NCBI GenBank assembly: GCA_029259895.1
Contig: JAJDEG010000122.1
Span: forward strand, 1-53,293
DNA length: 53,293 nt
Direction of reading: 5' to 3'
From: Planctomycetota bacterium
GTDB taxonomy: Bacteria; Planctomycetota; Planctomycetia; Pirellulales; PLA5
Shown: piece by piece, positions 27,901-35,739 of the stretch
Layout: each line of letters begins with the position of its first letter
Numbering within the stretch: position 1 is the stretch's first letter
The notes under the pieces: model-generated
Database searches by the model: none
What the model saw: the letters and a program-made list of their open reading frames with translations, nothing else
Told to the model about the DNA's origin: nothing
Program-made: the position numbers and the translations under genes

Positions 27901-28645
27901 AGACGTTGTCATCGTTGATGCTGGCGATATCTTCGTTACCGTCGCCGTCGAGGTCGGCGATCACCACGCCTTCCTTGCCGCCCTCGATCCGTTGGCCACT
28001 TCCGGAGATCTTTTCGGTCGGCTGCCAGGACACGTCGAGCGCGAACCGACCGGTGCTTTGATTTGCGTCGGCGTCCGGCGACGCGGCCATCGTCAGGCGG
28101 AAAACTCGCGGTTGCCCATCGTCGAGAGTAGTCAGCTCCTGCGAAATCCGCGCGGACAGCGTGTCGCACGAATTGTCGCTCGACGTGTCGCTCGACGTGT
28201 CGCACGCAACGCCGTCGTTTGACACGAGCAGTTCGCCGGTGGAATCGTCGTAGAGCCACAACATGCTGTCCAGCGCGCTGTCGGCCGCCCGCATGTCGAC
28301 GATCAGCCGGCCGGTCGTCTCGACGCGGAACTCCTTCGTCAGCTTCGGGGCATTGGGCGTAATAATGCCCAATAGTCTCGAATCGGCGGCTTCTTCGAGA
28401 ACCAACGGGGCGCCGATGTCTCGTTCACTCGCCGAGCGAGCCTGCTGCACCAACGGCGGATCGGCCGCGTAGGGCACGGCCGAGAGCATCACGCGTTCGG
28501 CCAGCCGCTCGACGCCGAGCCGCAACGGAGAATGAAGACGTCCACCCGCGACACGGCCGATGCGCGGCCAACGGCGAGCGCCGCCCATCGGCGATCGATC
28601 CCGCCGCGAATTCGGCCGCGAAGGCAAATCGCATGTCGCCGTCAT
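21965..28645 (-). CDS. giant (2226 aa) secreted/surface FG-GAP/VCBS-repeat protein with an N-terminal PPC-like domain, acidic C-terminal region and C-terminal hydrophobic segment
   Basis: There are dozens of repeats of the type GDFNGDGVPDLAV, ADLDGDGNDDLVV and GxGDGTF. The N-terminus has RLGVERLAERVMLSA followed by the PPC-like DSMLWLYDDSTGELLVSNDG. The C-terminus is Asp/Glu-rich and ends with AAAMVLAGMSTGWL plus a basic tail. The ATG overlaps the kinase stop (ATGA at 28642-28645). Confidence 0.9.
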   Translation of the reverse strand: MTATCDLPSRPNSRRDRSPMGGARRWPRIGRVAGGRLHSPLRLGVERLAERVMLSAVPYAADPPLVQQARSASERDIGAPLVLEEAADSRLLGIITPNAPKLTKEFRVETTGRLIVDMRAADSALDSMLWLYDDSTGELLVSNDGVACDTSSDTSSDNSCDTLSARISQELTTLDDGQPRVFRLTMAASPDADANQSTGRFALDVSWQPTEKISGSGQRIEGGKEGVVIADLDGDGNEDIASINDDNVLRVFYGVGDGTFRSPDPIVGNIQASASRTIVAGDFDGDGDLDLVIALATDEKLNFVRNLGEGEWALATGSIPLDGRIGAIAVADLDGDGNDDLVVPTRGTNKIVYGDHEKAFEDWSTATLAATDEEKKGLSESEGASIGDFDGDGRLDVVVTFKDGGAALVWLNQMDSDGQTGKLSFLLKDRVPMGPVDAKKIGTQLIVVADFNADGNVDLAAVNDKSDTVSLRFGNGDGTFDKETNRPEFDVGVDSEVVRLGDFNGDGVPDLAVTNEDTHDMSVLIGLKGPDRKATGSFHPRRVYPTGFRPTDLAVGDFNNDGNEDIAVKLDGGELTFLFGRGDGTFLIEEQPTVGDNPEAIAWADFNYDGFADVAVANVGSHDVSVLLGRGDGTFGTQTLYALDDALSPRALVAADVNDDGRVDLVTANQQTDDVSVLLGLGNGRFVLHAATVPVGDSPWAIVADDFDDDGFVDIATANRKGDSVSVLYGAQSGELSFDRQDHGLAGGMSPELLLAGKTGESRYLATVNRLTHDLTVLTFTPSGRELISTEVAASLPDERTFDARNLPGWEWGSSAEPRLDGDTSPTTFLPRSVTTADFNDDGHQDVAMVDDRTHAYFILLGYGDGTFQPPLQFQTLEDPEYIVADYLDEDEHVDLVTAHDGENQIVIHYGRGDGRFEDGKVHDTLDGPERIVLWDLDGDGRRDILVGNNDEKKLSVFLRESDRQFVAKETPLVVADEATAPLLYAGIAVGRFDHDEIPDVASFDRSEDGAIHIVFGNGDGSFRPGKRVEMSDDGDEKASAEFIAAADLDGNGFDDIVVPDMSADRVWILWNDGGQFTNTFHDFRRPKNLGGSADLDIRQAIVADVDADGRLDIAVVDKFLGEVTVIYGDNLRETFENDALAPKVEHLGVGVFPGTLAAANFTAGDDAGLDLVVGNRGSYDLSILKHNAAGGFKAEARIGRTAAPPAAVVADINRDGYEDVVTIRDIDNDLTIDLGAGDGAKSASGGVDGAVVDPIFVDLNADGRDDVVTLTSRGEILVRYREVTSTGDDNSLRYSPPQIVNVDEQGDKIPARDVVVVEAGGAWLIAATDIQDDTSRPAASAGVVSLYRLRSDGRFDRSTVNVGSGAARIAAGNSNGDVRSDLVVFSAFTATVHSLIQNAGGGFDQFDDPLAVGAGVADVALMSVAEGDSAVDLVVTNRSSGMILVFVGNGDGSFTTTPEFAVRAGDQTHWPYGLTGSAVESVHETATVVGGDVDANGAVDLVAINKGTNSAAVILGKGNRSLAGTRPIALTGSPSAVAIGDVDGDENADLVVLYANEGEAAVLLGDGLGGFTPATNEDGNEIRFTVGNAPTGLSLVDVSGDNILDLVVANRFGDVLTLLGDGHGAFSAFRRSSTSILLTVADVDGDGILDQVFTNESQDTIQVKLSSTGAFMQSASDGLDAPGEVVIADFNRDGVTDLAAPNEGANAIVVYLGIAPGKFAAGRSFPVGGNPAHVTVADVNSDGIPDVVAANSGSNDVGVLLGKGRAESWTFGLGPRLAAGQGPVHTAVADATADGVPDIVVTNQRENTVFVLPGRGGGFFDDRSSSVNVFPVGSSPVQSFVSGNTLTAVNRDSNSLTFFPGMNPLVSSTISTFGLRPVSAVVGDFNFDSRLDLLVAHELDGLFSFFAADGDGFTLLRSQHFAGLSHPTDLAVWDDRGRVSVFGVGDGHEAAVLLFSAVPDNGFDVIRTAGEAHTDFSSFGDTFLPFIVSLFSGADLGTLGLLILEGDDGDTLDEESGGSAGDENEVTNQRLPDEWAEELMPEDDEYEDEEAIAGIADSQLAEMQDPAVHEQEELIDADRVAGHDFFFWYLENEPSDEDSDVVGRKSVTPVGQESNDREDARRQDTAPTEASRKVESAGFPQESKLLLDDSRRAPGGTSSERKEEEPLSVPTGEWELPTAQDHSAAAMVLAGMSTGWLSPQVGSPSGRSEELRTRRFRGWAQRVKA
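28175..28198. repeat. perfect 12-bp tandem duplication (gtcgctcgacgt x2) inside the giant gene
   Basis: Read directly from the sequence. It is in frame and encodes the TSSD-TSSD stretch of the N-terminal domain. Confidence 0.8.
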
Positions 28646-31600
28646 CGTGTGCCTCCTTCGGCCTTAACCGCAATGGTTACAGAAACACCTTGCCTCTGAC
28701 CGAGTTGCGAAGGCCGGGCATGTTTGAGTTTTAGATCGATGTATTCCGGAAAATCGTGAAGTGCCCGGAACGTACCGCTTTCCCCGAACATGCGAATCTT
28801 CAGCGCCTTCGAGTGGGTAAACTTGCCCGCGGCATCGACGCTTGAAGAGTCCTCAAGCGACTCGCGGAGCAGCGCGAGACTTCGCTCCGCGCACGGCCGG
28901 AATCGTGTGCGCAGCTCGCCCCTATCGGATGTTGCAATGCGGGCGGCTAGGGCATAGATGCCAGCGACCTTATAGACGTCAAATGCGTCGCTTGTCTCAT
29001 CCGCAACGCGCTCGGCGTCATCGAATGCGCGATCGAAATCCTTCGCGAGCACGAGGGCAAAGCCGCGGCCGATCAAGGTCGGATGGTCGGCACCGCCGAG
29101 TTCGATGGCGCGGTCGAACGCCGCGACGGATTGCTCCGGCTCGCCGATCATAGCCAGGCAAACACCACGCTGCCGCAATACGCGTGCTTGGCTTTTTTCT
29201 AGTTTTTCGCCGGCGTTTGGGCCGTTCGCGTCGAGCGCGGCCAAATGATACAGCGCCGCGGCACGGCCATAATCCGCGGCCGCACTTACCAGGTCACGAT
29301 CGGGTTCCGCGATGCGTACGCGCAAGTTGCCTCGCAGCTCAAGCACCTCGGGATCACGTTCGTTCGCGGCAAGGTAGGCGTCGAGCGAACTTAGGGCGCC
29401 GCGATTCGCTTCCCGTGCCTTGCGAAGGGCTTCTTTTCGATCCTCTGTTCTTTCCTCGCTTGCAAAGTAAGCGGAACGCACAGTTCGATTTCGCGCCTGC
29501 TTGATCCTCAGCAGCGCCGCGACCAAGTGTGCGTCGCTCGCACGCCTCTTCAAGGCAGAGTTTAGTACGGCGTCTCTCGTATCGGCATTTAGCCTAGCAA
29601 GTTCCAATATCTCGTCGCACGCTCGAATTGCCGTCGTCTGATCGCCATTTTCGATCGCAAAGCCGGTCAACCAGGCGTAATTCACCAGGGCGGCCGCGTG
29701 CTGCGCGGGCGCATCGCGTCGTTCGCGATATGCATCCGCCGCGGACTTACAATCCGCCGCCGCGGCATGGAAGTCGCCTTGCCGAAGTCGGGTTTCCGCG
29801 CGTGTAAGCAGAAGCGACGCCTTCGCCTCGATCGGGGCTGCGTCTAACGCGGAATCAAGAATCGACAATGCCCGTTGGAGCTTTGTCGGTTCTTTCTGTG
29901 CCTGTGCCTGTGCACGGAGCGCGAGTGCGAGTTGTATGTCCGCATCGAGTGCTAAGTGAGGCGACTTGGCTTCGCGCGCTACTCCGGCCGCCGTTTCGAA
30001 GTCGCTGACCGCCGAATCGAGACGGCTCGGATCGACTATTGCACCGTCGAAATGCAGCGCGCCGCGACTCATCAGCACGGCGAACTGCAAGCGAGAAGAC
30101 AAATCACGCGAAAGACCATTTTTGCCAGCGCGTTCATTGGTTAACTTGCGTGCCTTGTCGAAGTCAGCGACAGCGCTCGCATAAGCCGACGCGTTGCGAC
30201 GAGGATCCTTTTCGTAAAGTCGACCGCGCGCGATGCCTCGCAAGATGTACGCGAAGGGAAAATTTTTGACGAGGTGGATGTGCCTCGTAAGTTCATTCTC
30301 GGCGGCGGCCGGTTCGTCCAGCCGAACTCGGCAAAGAGCCATGAAATAGCTCGTCCAAACTCGGTCCGAATCCAATTCGTAGCTTTGTTTGAAATGCCGC
30401 AGAGCGGCAGCGTAATCCGCTGGATCTTCGTTGCTCGACACCAGTTGCAAGCGGCGGCATCCGGCGACGAAATGATCAAATGCGGTAGCGTCTGGCGGGA
30501 GCGACTCGTGTGAAGCGTCGCCGTCGCGTCCTTCGCTGACCGCTTCTAGCTCAGTGCGCATCAGCCGATACGTGTACAGTGGCATTTCGCTAGGACCGTC
30601 CGATGAACTTTCTGCGGCGTCACCGCCAACCGACGTACCATTGGCGAGGTTGACCAACCCGATTCGCTCGGCCGCGGACACCTCAGCCAGTGCCAATTGC
30701 GCCCGCGCTGGTTTCTTTTCGATGTCGTCTTGCCCCGTTCCAGCGTCAAATCGATACGTTGCCTGGGCATGGATGAGAATAATCTCACAAGCCAGTTTCT
30801 TTGTCTCTTTGACGTCCGTATCGGAAAATGGTGCTCCCCCGTAATAATGAATTTCGTTTGCGTCGTTTGTTGCGTGCTGCATCTGTTTCCACAGCAAGCC
30901 GGAAGAATCCTTGTCTAGCGACTCTAATTCCGAGAAATCGATTCCCAATTCAGCTAGAGCAGCGCGAGACGTCTGTCGTACTTCGCGGATTGCATGTTGA
31001 TAGTCCGGGGGCAGCGGCACGCTGCCAAAAACTTGGGCAGGCAGCGCGTCGGTGCGAATCTCCGCCTCGCCTACGGACCCGATTGTGCTTGCAATGTCGT
31101 CATCGCGATGGGCACGGCCATCCGCTGCGATCTGAGTCAGCGCATCCGAAACGTCCGGAGTATCGTTCGCAGGTTCGATCAACAATCGATTCGGTTCCAC
31201 CTCGTTGGGCCCACCGGAGCGAACGTGGCGCCCGGTGAACATGAGCGACCCGAGCAATTCCATCACGTCGCGGTGTAGCCTTTCAAGGTTGTCTTTCCGA
31301 ACCTCGATTGCGGTAATGTCCTGTTCCAAATCCTCAACGATCTTGATGGTTTTTGCCGTCGCGTCGAGTTTGCCGGAGAACGACTCGACGGCATCCAAGC
31401 CACTTTTGATTCGTTCGTCATCCGGTGCCACTTTGCGCATGTCCTTGTATATGGCCATTAGCACGTTGATTTCGGCTCGCGCTAGCTCAACGCCATCGGT
31501 GGCCCCTGCTTCGCCAATTGCATCCGAAACGGTTTTCGTTTGGCTCTGGGCGCGGCCCATAAGCGTTTTGAATTGCTCGTTTCGCTCAGCAAAACGAATT

Positions 31601-33147
31601 AACCCTATCCCCAATGCCGTAATCGTGGCCACCGCTGCCACTGTGCTCATCCCCGCTGCGATGGCCCGCGCTGGGTGGCGCTTGGCCCATTTCACCAGCC
31701 GTTCGGGCCGCGAGGCTGGTCGCGTCAGAATCGGTTCGCCTCGGAGATAACGGCCCAGCTCGTCCGCCAATTCCTTCGCCGAGGCGAAGCGCTTCAAGCG
31801 TTCTTTCTCAAGACAGCGAAAACAGATCGTCTCCAGGTCGCGCGACGTCTTTGGCGCGTGTCTGAGGATGCTTGTCGGGGCTTCCTTTTGTATGTTGTTC
31901 ATGATCGTCAGGCGGTCGCCGTGGAACGGCAATGTGCCCGCGAGCATTTCGTACATCACGATGCCGAGCGAAAAAACGTCGCTGCGGGCGTCGGCCGAGT
32001 TTCCCTTGCCGGCAGCCTGCTCCGGCGACATGTAGGCAACCGTGCCGATAAGCTCGCCGGCCGAAGAGAGCACAACGTTTTCGCTCGCGCGTTTGGCGAG
32101 ACCGAAGTCGGTCAGGTGCGGCTCGTCGTCCGTGTCAAGCAGAATGTTCGACGGCTTTACGTCACGGTGCACGATGCCCTGGCCGTGGAGATAGTGCAGC
32201 GCATCGGCAACCTTGCGGCAGAGACCGGCGACGTCCTCGGGCGCTCTGCGGCTGATGCGGAGCGACGTTTCCAGGTTGTCTCCCTTGATGTACTCACTGG
32301 AAATGTACTCGCTGTCGCCCTGGACCAATTCATAGACGTGAACGATGTGCGGATGATTCAAGCCGGCGAGAGTACGTGCTTCGTTGCGAATCAGGTTTGG
32401 CCGTTCTTCGCCTTTGCGGCGGCTATACGGAATCTTAAGCGCCGCGTGCCGCTCTAGCTGTTGATCGAACGCCAGCCAGACATTGGCAAACGACCCACGC
32501 CCCAACCAGCGAACTAGCTGATAGTTGCCGACGATCTCCCCTTCGCGCTGGTCACCGCGCCGCGCATCGATGATCGGAACTTTCTCACCGCACTGGCAAG
32601 TGACAACCTCAACGGCCGCGGCCGTCAACTCCGGAACGGCGATCGACGTATGGCACTGCGGACAGCGGACGAACCTCGCCGTCGGCTGGGTCATGTCCGT
32701 TTCTTCATCGCGCAGCCTCTCGCGAAGCTGATCGACGTGGGATGGGAACCGGGCGAAGTACTCGCCGTGATCGACCTTGTCGCCCGCCATGTTACGTGCT
32801 TTGAATTCCTGGACGACCAAATCGACGGGCATGTCTTCCGCGGAACCGAGTTCCGGGAACTGGGCGAGATAGTCTTCGATCCGCGGTTTCGACGGCAGCC
32901 GGTCGTCGGTCGAGTCGATATGGCTACGCGGGAACCCCTCCTTCCAGCGGTACTCGATGTCGACTTCCACTAACTCGACGAGCAACTGCCGACGCGTGTA
33001 ACAGTTGGCCTCGGCTGTAACGTGGTCAGGAAGGAACTCTTCTATCGCCGGCGTGGCCGTGCCTTGCCATGCCGTGTCGAACCGTTCGCGGCGACGTCGA
33101 AAGTCCTGTGCCCGCCGCCCTCTTGTTGGACTCTTGGTGCTCGCCAT
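28642..33147 (-). CDS. Ser/Thr protein kinase with a zinc-ribbon-like segment, one TM helix and a long TPR-like C-terminal region
   Basis: Kinase motifs are HAALKIPY, IVHRDVKPSNILL, LTDFGLAKR and VAYMSPEQ. CPQCH...CQCG precedes the kinase domain. The TM helix is AIAAGMSTVAAVATITALGIGLI. An AAGGAG RBS lies 8 nt upstream of the ATG at 33147. Confidence 0.9.
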   Translation of the reverse strand: MASTKSPTRGRRAQDFRRRRERFDTAWQGTATPAIEEFLPDHVTAEANCYTRRQLLVELVEVDIEYRWKEGFPRSHIDSTDDRLPSKPRIEDYLAQFPELGSAEDMPVDLVVQEFKARNMAGDKVDHGEYFARFPSHVDQLRERLRDEETDMTQPTARFVRCPQCHTSIAVPELTAAAVEVVTCQCGEKVPIIDARRGDQREGEIVGNYQLVRWLGRGSFANVWLAFDQQLERHAALKIPYSRRKGEERPNLIRNEARTLAGLNHPHIVHVYELVQGDSEYISSEYIKGDNLETSLRISRRAPEDVAGLCRKVADALHYLHGQGIVHRDVKPSNILLDTDDEPHLTDFGLAKRASENVVLSSAGELIGTVAYMSPEQAAGKGNSADARSDVFSLGIVMYEMLAGTLPFHGDRLTIMNNIQKEAPTSILRHAPKTSRDLETICFRCLEKERLKRFASAKELADELGRYLRGEPILTRPASRPERLVKWAKRHPARAIAAGMSTVAAVATITALGIGLIRFAERNEQFKTLMGRAQSQTKTVSDAIGEAGATDGVELARAEINVLMAIYKDMRKVAPDDERIKSGLDAVESFSGKLDATAKTIKIVEDLEQDITAIEVRKDNLERLHRDVMELLGSLMFTGRHVRSGGPNEVEPNRLLIEPANDTPDVSDALTQIAADGRAHRDDDIASTIGSVGEAEIRTDALPAQVFGSVPLPPDYQHAIREVRQTSRAALAELGIDFSELESLDKDSSGLLWKQMQHATNDANEIHYYGGAPFSDTDVKETKKLACEIILIHAQATYRFDAGTGQDDIEKKPARAQLALAEVSAAERIGLVNLANGTSVGGDAAESSSDGPSEMPLYTYRLMRTELEAVSEGRDGDASHESLPPDATAFDHFVAGCRRLQLVSSNEDPADYAAALRHFKQSYELDSDRVWTSYFMALCRVRLDEPAAAENELTRHIHLVKNFPFAYILRGIARGRLYEKDPRRNASAYASAVADFDKARKLTNERAGKNGLSRDLSSRLQFAVLMSRGALHFDGAIVDPSRLDSAVSDFETAAGVAREAKSPHLALDADIQLALALRAQAQAQKEPTKLQRALSILDSALDAAPIEAKASLLLTRAETRLRQGDFHAAAADCKSAADAYRERRDAPAQHAAALVNYAWLTGFAIENGDQTTAIRACDEILELARLNADTRDAVLNSALKRRASDAHLVAALLRIKQARNRTVRSAYFASEERTEDRKEALRKAREANRGALSSLDAYLAANERDPEVLELRGNLRVRIAEPDRDLVSAAADYGRAAALYHLAALDANGPNAGEKLEKSQARVLRQRGVCLAMIGEPEQSVAAFDRAIELGGADHPTLIGRGFALVLAKDFDRAFDDAERVADETSDAFDVYKVAGIYALAARIATSDRGELRTRFRPCAERSLALLRESLEDSSSVDAAGKFTHSKALKIRMFGESGTFRALHDFPEYIDLKLKHARPSQLGQRQGVSVTIAVKAEGGTR

Positions 33148-33505
33148 CGGACCATCTCCTTAGGTGGTTGGGGAGATGCAAGTGCTCCTCCCCTAGGGAA
33201 ATTGCCGTTTCGCGTCGAGTTTTTTCGCCGCCGGCGACTTTTTCGGAGAAATCTTGAAAAAGCGGGCCGACAGATCGCCTCGCCCGCTAGGCGCGCACGC
33301 GATCGCCCAATGCGTCAAGGGCCACCGTCTCGCAAAGCGCACTCGGCGACACGGACGACGCTGCCGCCTTAAGTCGCTTCGCTGGTTCGACTTATGTAAA
33401 CCGCCTTCGGCCGGCGGCGAACTGCGGAATGCGTTGGCAACGCACCGATCACTGCCGCGTGGAGCTTGCTCGGCGGCGTTATCTCGGGCGACCGCACAAT
33501 GTCGA

Positions 33506-34180
33506 CTAGGTTGATATCTCGCCGCTTTGCGTAAAGCTGGATTTGAGACGGTCCGAGAGGTCGTCCTTGAAGTCACGCAGCACGTTCCGAGCGTTGGTCT
33601 CGCTGGTGTGGGCCTTTTCCTTAATCTCCTTTACCGAGAATCCCTGCAAGCTCAGGGTGATAATGTGCCTCTGCTTGGCCGTGTATAGCTTCATGACTTC
33701 TTCCACGCCGTCACGTAACTGGCGCACTTCGTCATCGTCAGGTTCAACGGCCAGTTCCTCGAGCGGAATACCGTTCACGCTGCCAAAGATACCCAGGTCC
33801 TGCTTGCGCTCGCGGTTGACGTCGCGTTTGCCGCGCGATTCGTTGCGTTTCCTTTCGCGCAGCTTGTTCATCGCAATGGCCGCAAGCAGGTGCCAGAGTT
33901 GGCCGCTGTTGCGAAAATCAAACTCGCCCTTCCTCATGCGGACGAAAAAGCTGCTCATCGCCGACTGGACGATGTCTTCGGAATCGAAACGCGTGCGGTA
34001 TTGGGGCGGAAGTTCGCGCCGCACGAGGCCGATCAGGCGCCGGACGTATCGATCGTAAAGCATTGTCGACGCATCTTGGTCGCCCTCGCGGATACGTTGG
34101 ATCAACTCATCCAGACTTTGAAACGAACCCAGAATCGACCCGAACTCGGAGTCATGAGATGGACGGTCGCTGCTTGCCAT
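33506..34180 (-). CDS. ECF-type RNA polymerase sigma factor
   Basis: The start was chosen at MASSDRP, with GAGGAG 7 nt upstream. It contains LIQRIREGDQDA...YDRYVRRL (region 2-like) and the region 4 HTH FSVKEIKEKAHTSETNARNVLRDF. Confidence 0.8.
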   Translation of the reverse strand: MASSDRPSHDSEFGSILGSFQSLDELIQRIREGDQDASTMLYDRYVRRLIGLVRRELPPQYRTRFDSEDIVQSAMSSFFVRMRKGEFDFRNSGQLWHLLAAIAMNKLRERKRNESRGKRDVNRERKQDLGIFGSVNGIPLEELAVEPDDDEVRQLRDGVEEVMKLYTAKQRHIITLSLQGFSVKEIKEKAHTSETNARNVLRDFKDDLSDRLKSSFTQSGEIST

Positions 34181-34700
34181 TGCGTTGCTCCTCGCAAATG
34201 GTGGTTCCAATTTTCAAATACGTTCCCACGTCGAACGCGTTGCTACCTACCGTTAATGAGGCGAATCGGCCGACGATGCGCGGAATTGCATGGACCGGTC
34301 TGACACGCCACTTCGGCCCCCATATCGAGCTAGAATCGAGGATAGCGTGCCCCCCTCGACGTGTCTACATTCTCTCGGTACCGCGAAACTCGAGTCCGAC
34401 CAATTGGCGATGCGACTTGTTGCCACCATCCTGGTGAAAATCCGTCTCCATCAATAGGACCACACGCGTCGTAATTGACGCGTAGGCCGCGATTTTGGCC
34501 GGGGTCGTCGTTCGACGTTTGCCCATCGGAATACGTGCCAGAACGGCTCGTTGATTTTGGTCAACACGCCTTAGCTAACGGAGCGTACGGCCTCGCTTCT
34601 GCGAAAAAGTATGACGCAAATCGGCTCACGACGGCAATCTACTTGATGGGGCACGATCGAACGCCCAAGGGAAACTCAAGAAAAAGCCGAGAGGTGAACC

Positions 34701-35189
34701 ATGGTGGCCGCGTGTTGTTCAGCCGTCCGTTGCGCCAAAGCTCACGAGAAGCAGGCCCGTGCCGAATGGCAACGGCTGTGTTTCGTATTGGAGGGAATCC
34801 AGGCCAAAAATGTGATTGAGCTCAGCGCGGACAAATATGCGTTCGCCCGCAGCTATACGACGTATCAAGCGGAGGAAGCAAGGACGATCGCGCTGTTAAC
34901 GGATTCGATCGACCGCGGCGATTACGAATTCTTTGTCGATCGCGGCGTACCGTCTTGCCTGTTGTGTCGCTCTTTCGCCTGTCAATTGCTGTGCGATTGG
35001 AAAATCGCGATCGTTTCAAAGCAAGCGAGATTGGCCGAAGCGTTTCAAGGGCGCTTTGGCGAGGACATCGAAGTCTTCTGTGTCACGTCGTGCAATCTTC
35101 CGGCTTTGAAAGCTTCTTCCAGTTCGGACGCCAGCAACGCCATCTGGTTGCTTGCCCATTGGAACGCGGCGCAAGCAAAGGCCGTTTGA
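34701..35189 (+). CDS. hypothetical protein, paralog of 38155..38733
   Basis: 162 aa. Blocks shared with the paralog are EWQRLC/EWKHLC, DKYAFARSY/DKYQYAKTY, IVSKQARLAEAFQGRFGEDIEVF/VASKRARVAEMFLRRFGEDIEEF and LAHW/LADW. A GAGAGG RBS is present. Confidence 0.65.
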   Translation: MVAACCSAVRCAKAHEKQARAEWQRLCFVLEGIQAKNVIELSADKYAFARSYTTYQAEEARTIALLTDSIDRGDYEFFVDRGVPSCLLCRSFACQLLCDWKIAIVSKQARLAEAFQGRFGEDIEVFCVTSCNLPALKASSSSDASNAIWLLAHWNAAQAKAV

Positions 35190-35263
35190 CGCAACGTGTC
35201 GGCGCACAGTCGACGCGATTCAGTCGAGTTCGGCGATCCGATTACACGGGAGACTAGATCACG

Positions 35264-35518
35264 ATGCAACGTCTTCGCGCGAACGGCCAAAAAATCGTTA
35301 CTTTGCGCGACGAACTCGACCTGACTCAGGAAGAGTTGTCCGTCAGGGTTGGGTACAGCGTCAAAACGATTTGGAAGGCCGAGTCTAGCCGCGTTCTGCG
35401 GCGGCGAACGTTGGAGCACATCGCCATTGCCCTGAATTGCTCGCTCACCGACATCGTCGACGCCGCGCACATTGCGCTGTACTCGCACAAACCCGCCCTC
35501 GTGCTCGGCGGCGATTGA
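35264..35518 (+). CDS. XRE-family helix-turn-helix transcriptional regulator
   Basis: 84 aa with the HTH LTQEELSVRVGYSVKTIWKAES. Confidence 0.7.
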   Translation: MQRLRANGQKIVTLRDELDLTQEELSVRVGYSVKTIWKAESSRVLRRRTLEHIAIALNCSLTDIVDAAHIALYSHKPALVLGGD

Positions 35519-35739
35519 ATCGATGTGCCGCGCAGGCTGACGCCCTGTCGGCAATCGTTCCGGTAGAGTTCCGGTTCCGTTCCTGTTGTGCATCGCGACG
35601 AATCAGTATCGTTGGCGAGGGCATACGCGAGGCTTCCTTCGCGCCGGCGACGATCCGTCTGCCCCGTGACATGCCAACGTTAGAGATTTTGCCCGTTACG
35701 TTTCGATTCGCGTCGTTCTATTCACCGAGGAGTGTTGCC

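Noticed and set aside
35437-35739. N-terminal extension of the choice-of-anchor-I ORF (the track gives 35437..37833).
   Set aside because: It overlaps the XRE gene out of frame. The ATG at 35740 has a GAGGAG RBS, and the Arg-rich/LEPRQML N-terminus starts there.
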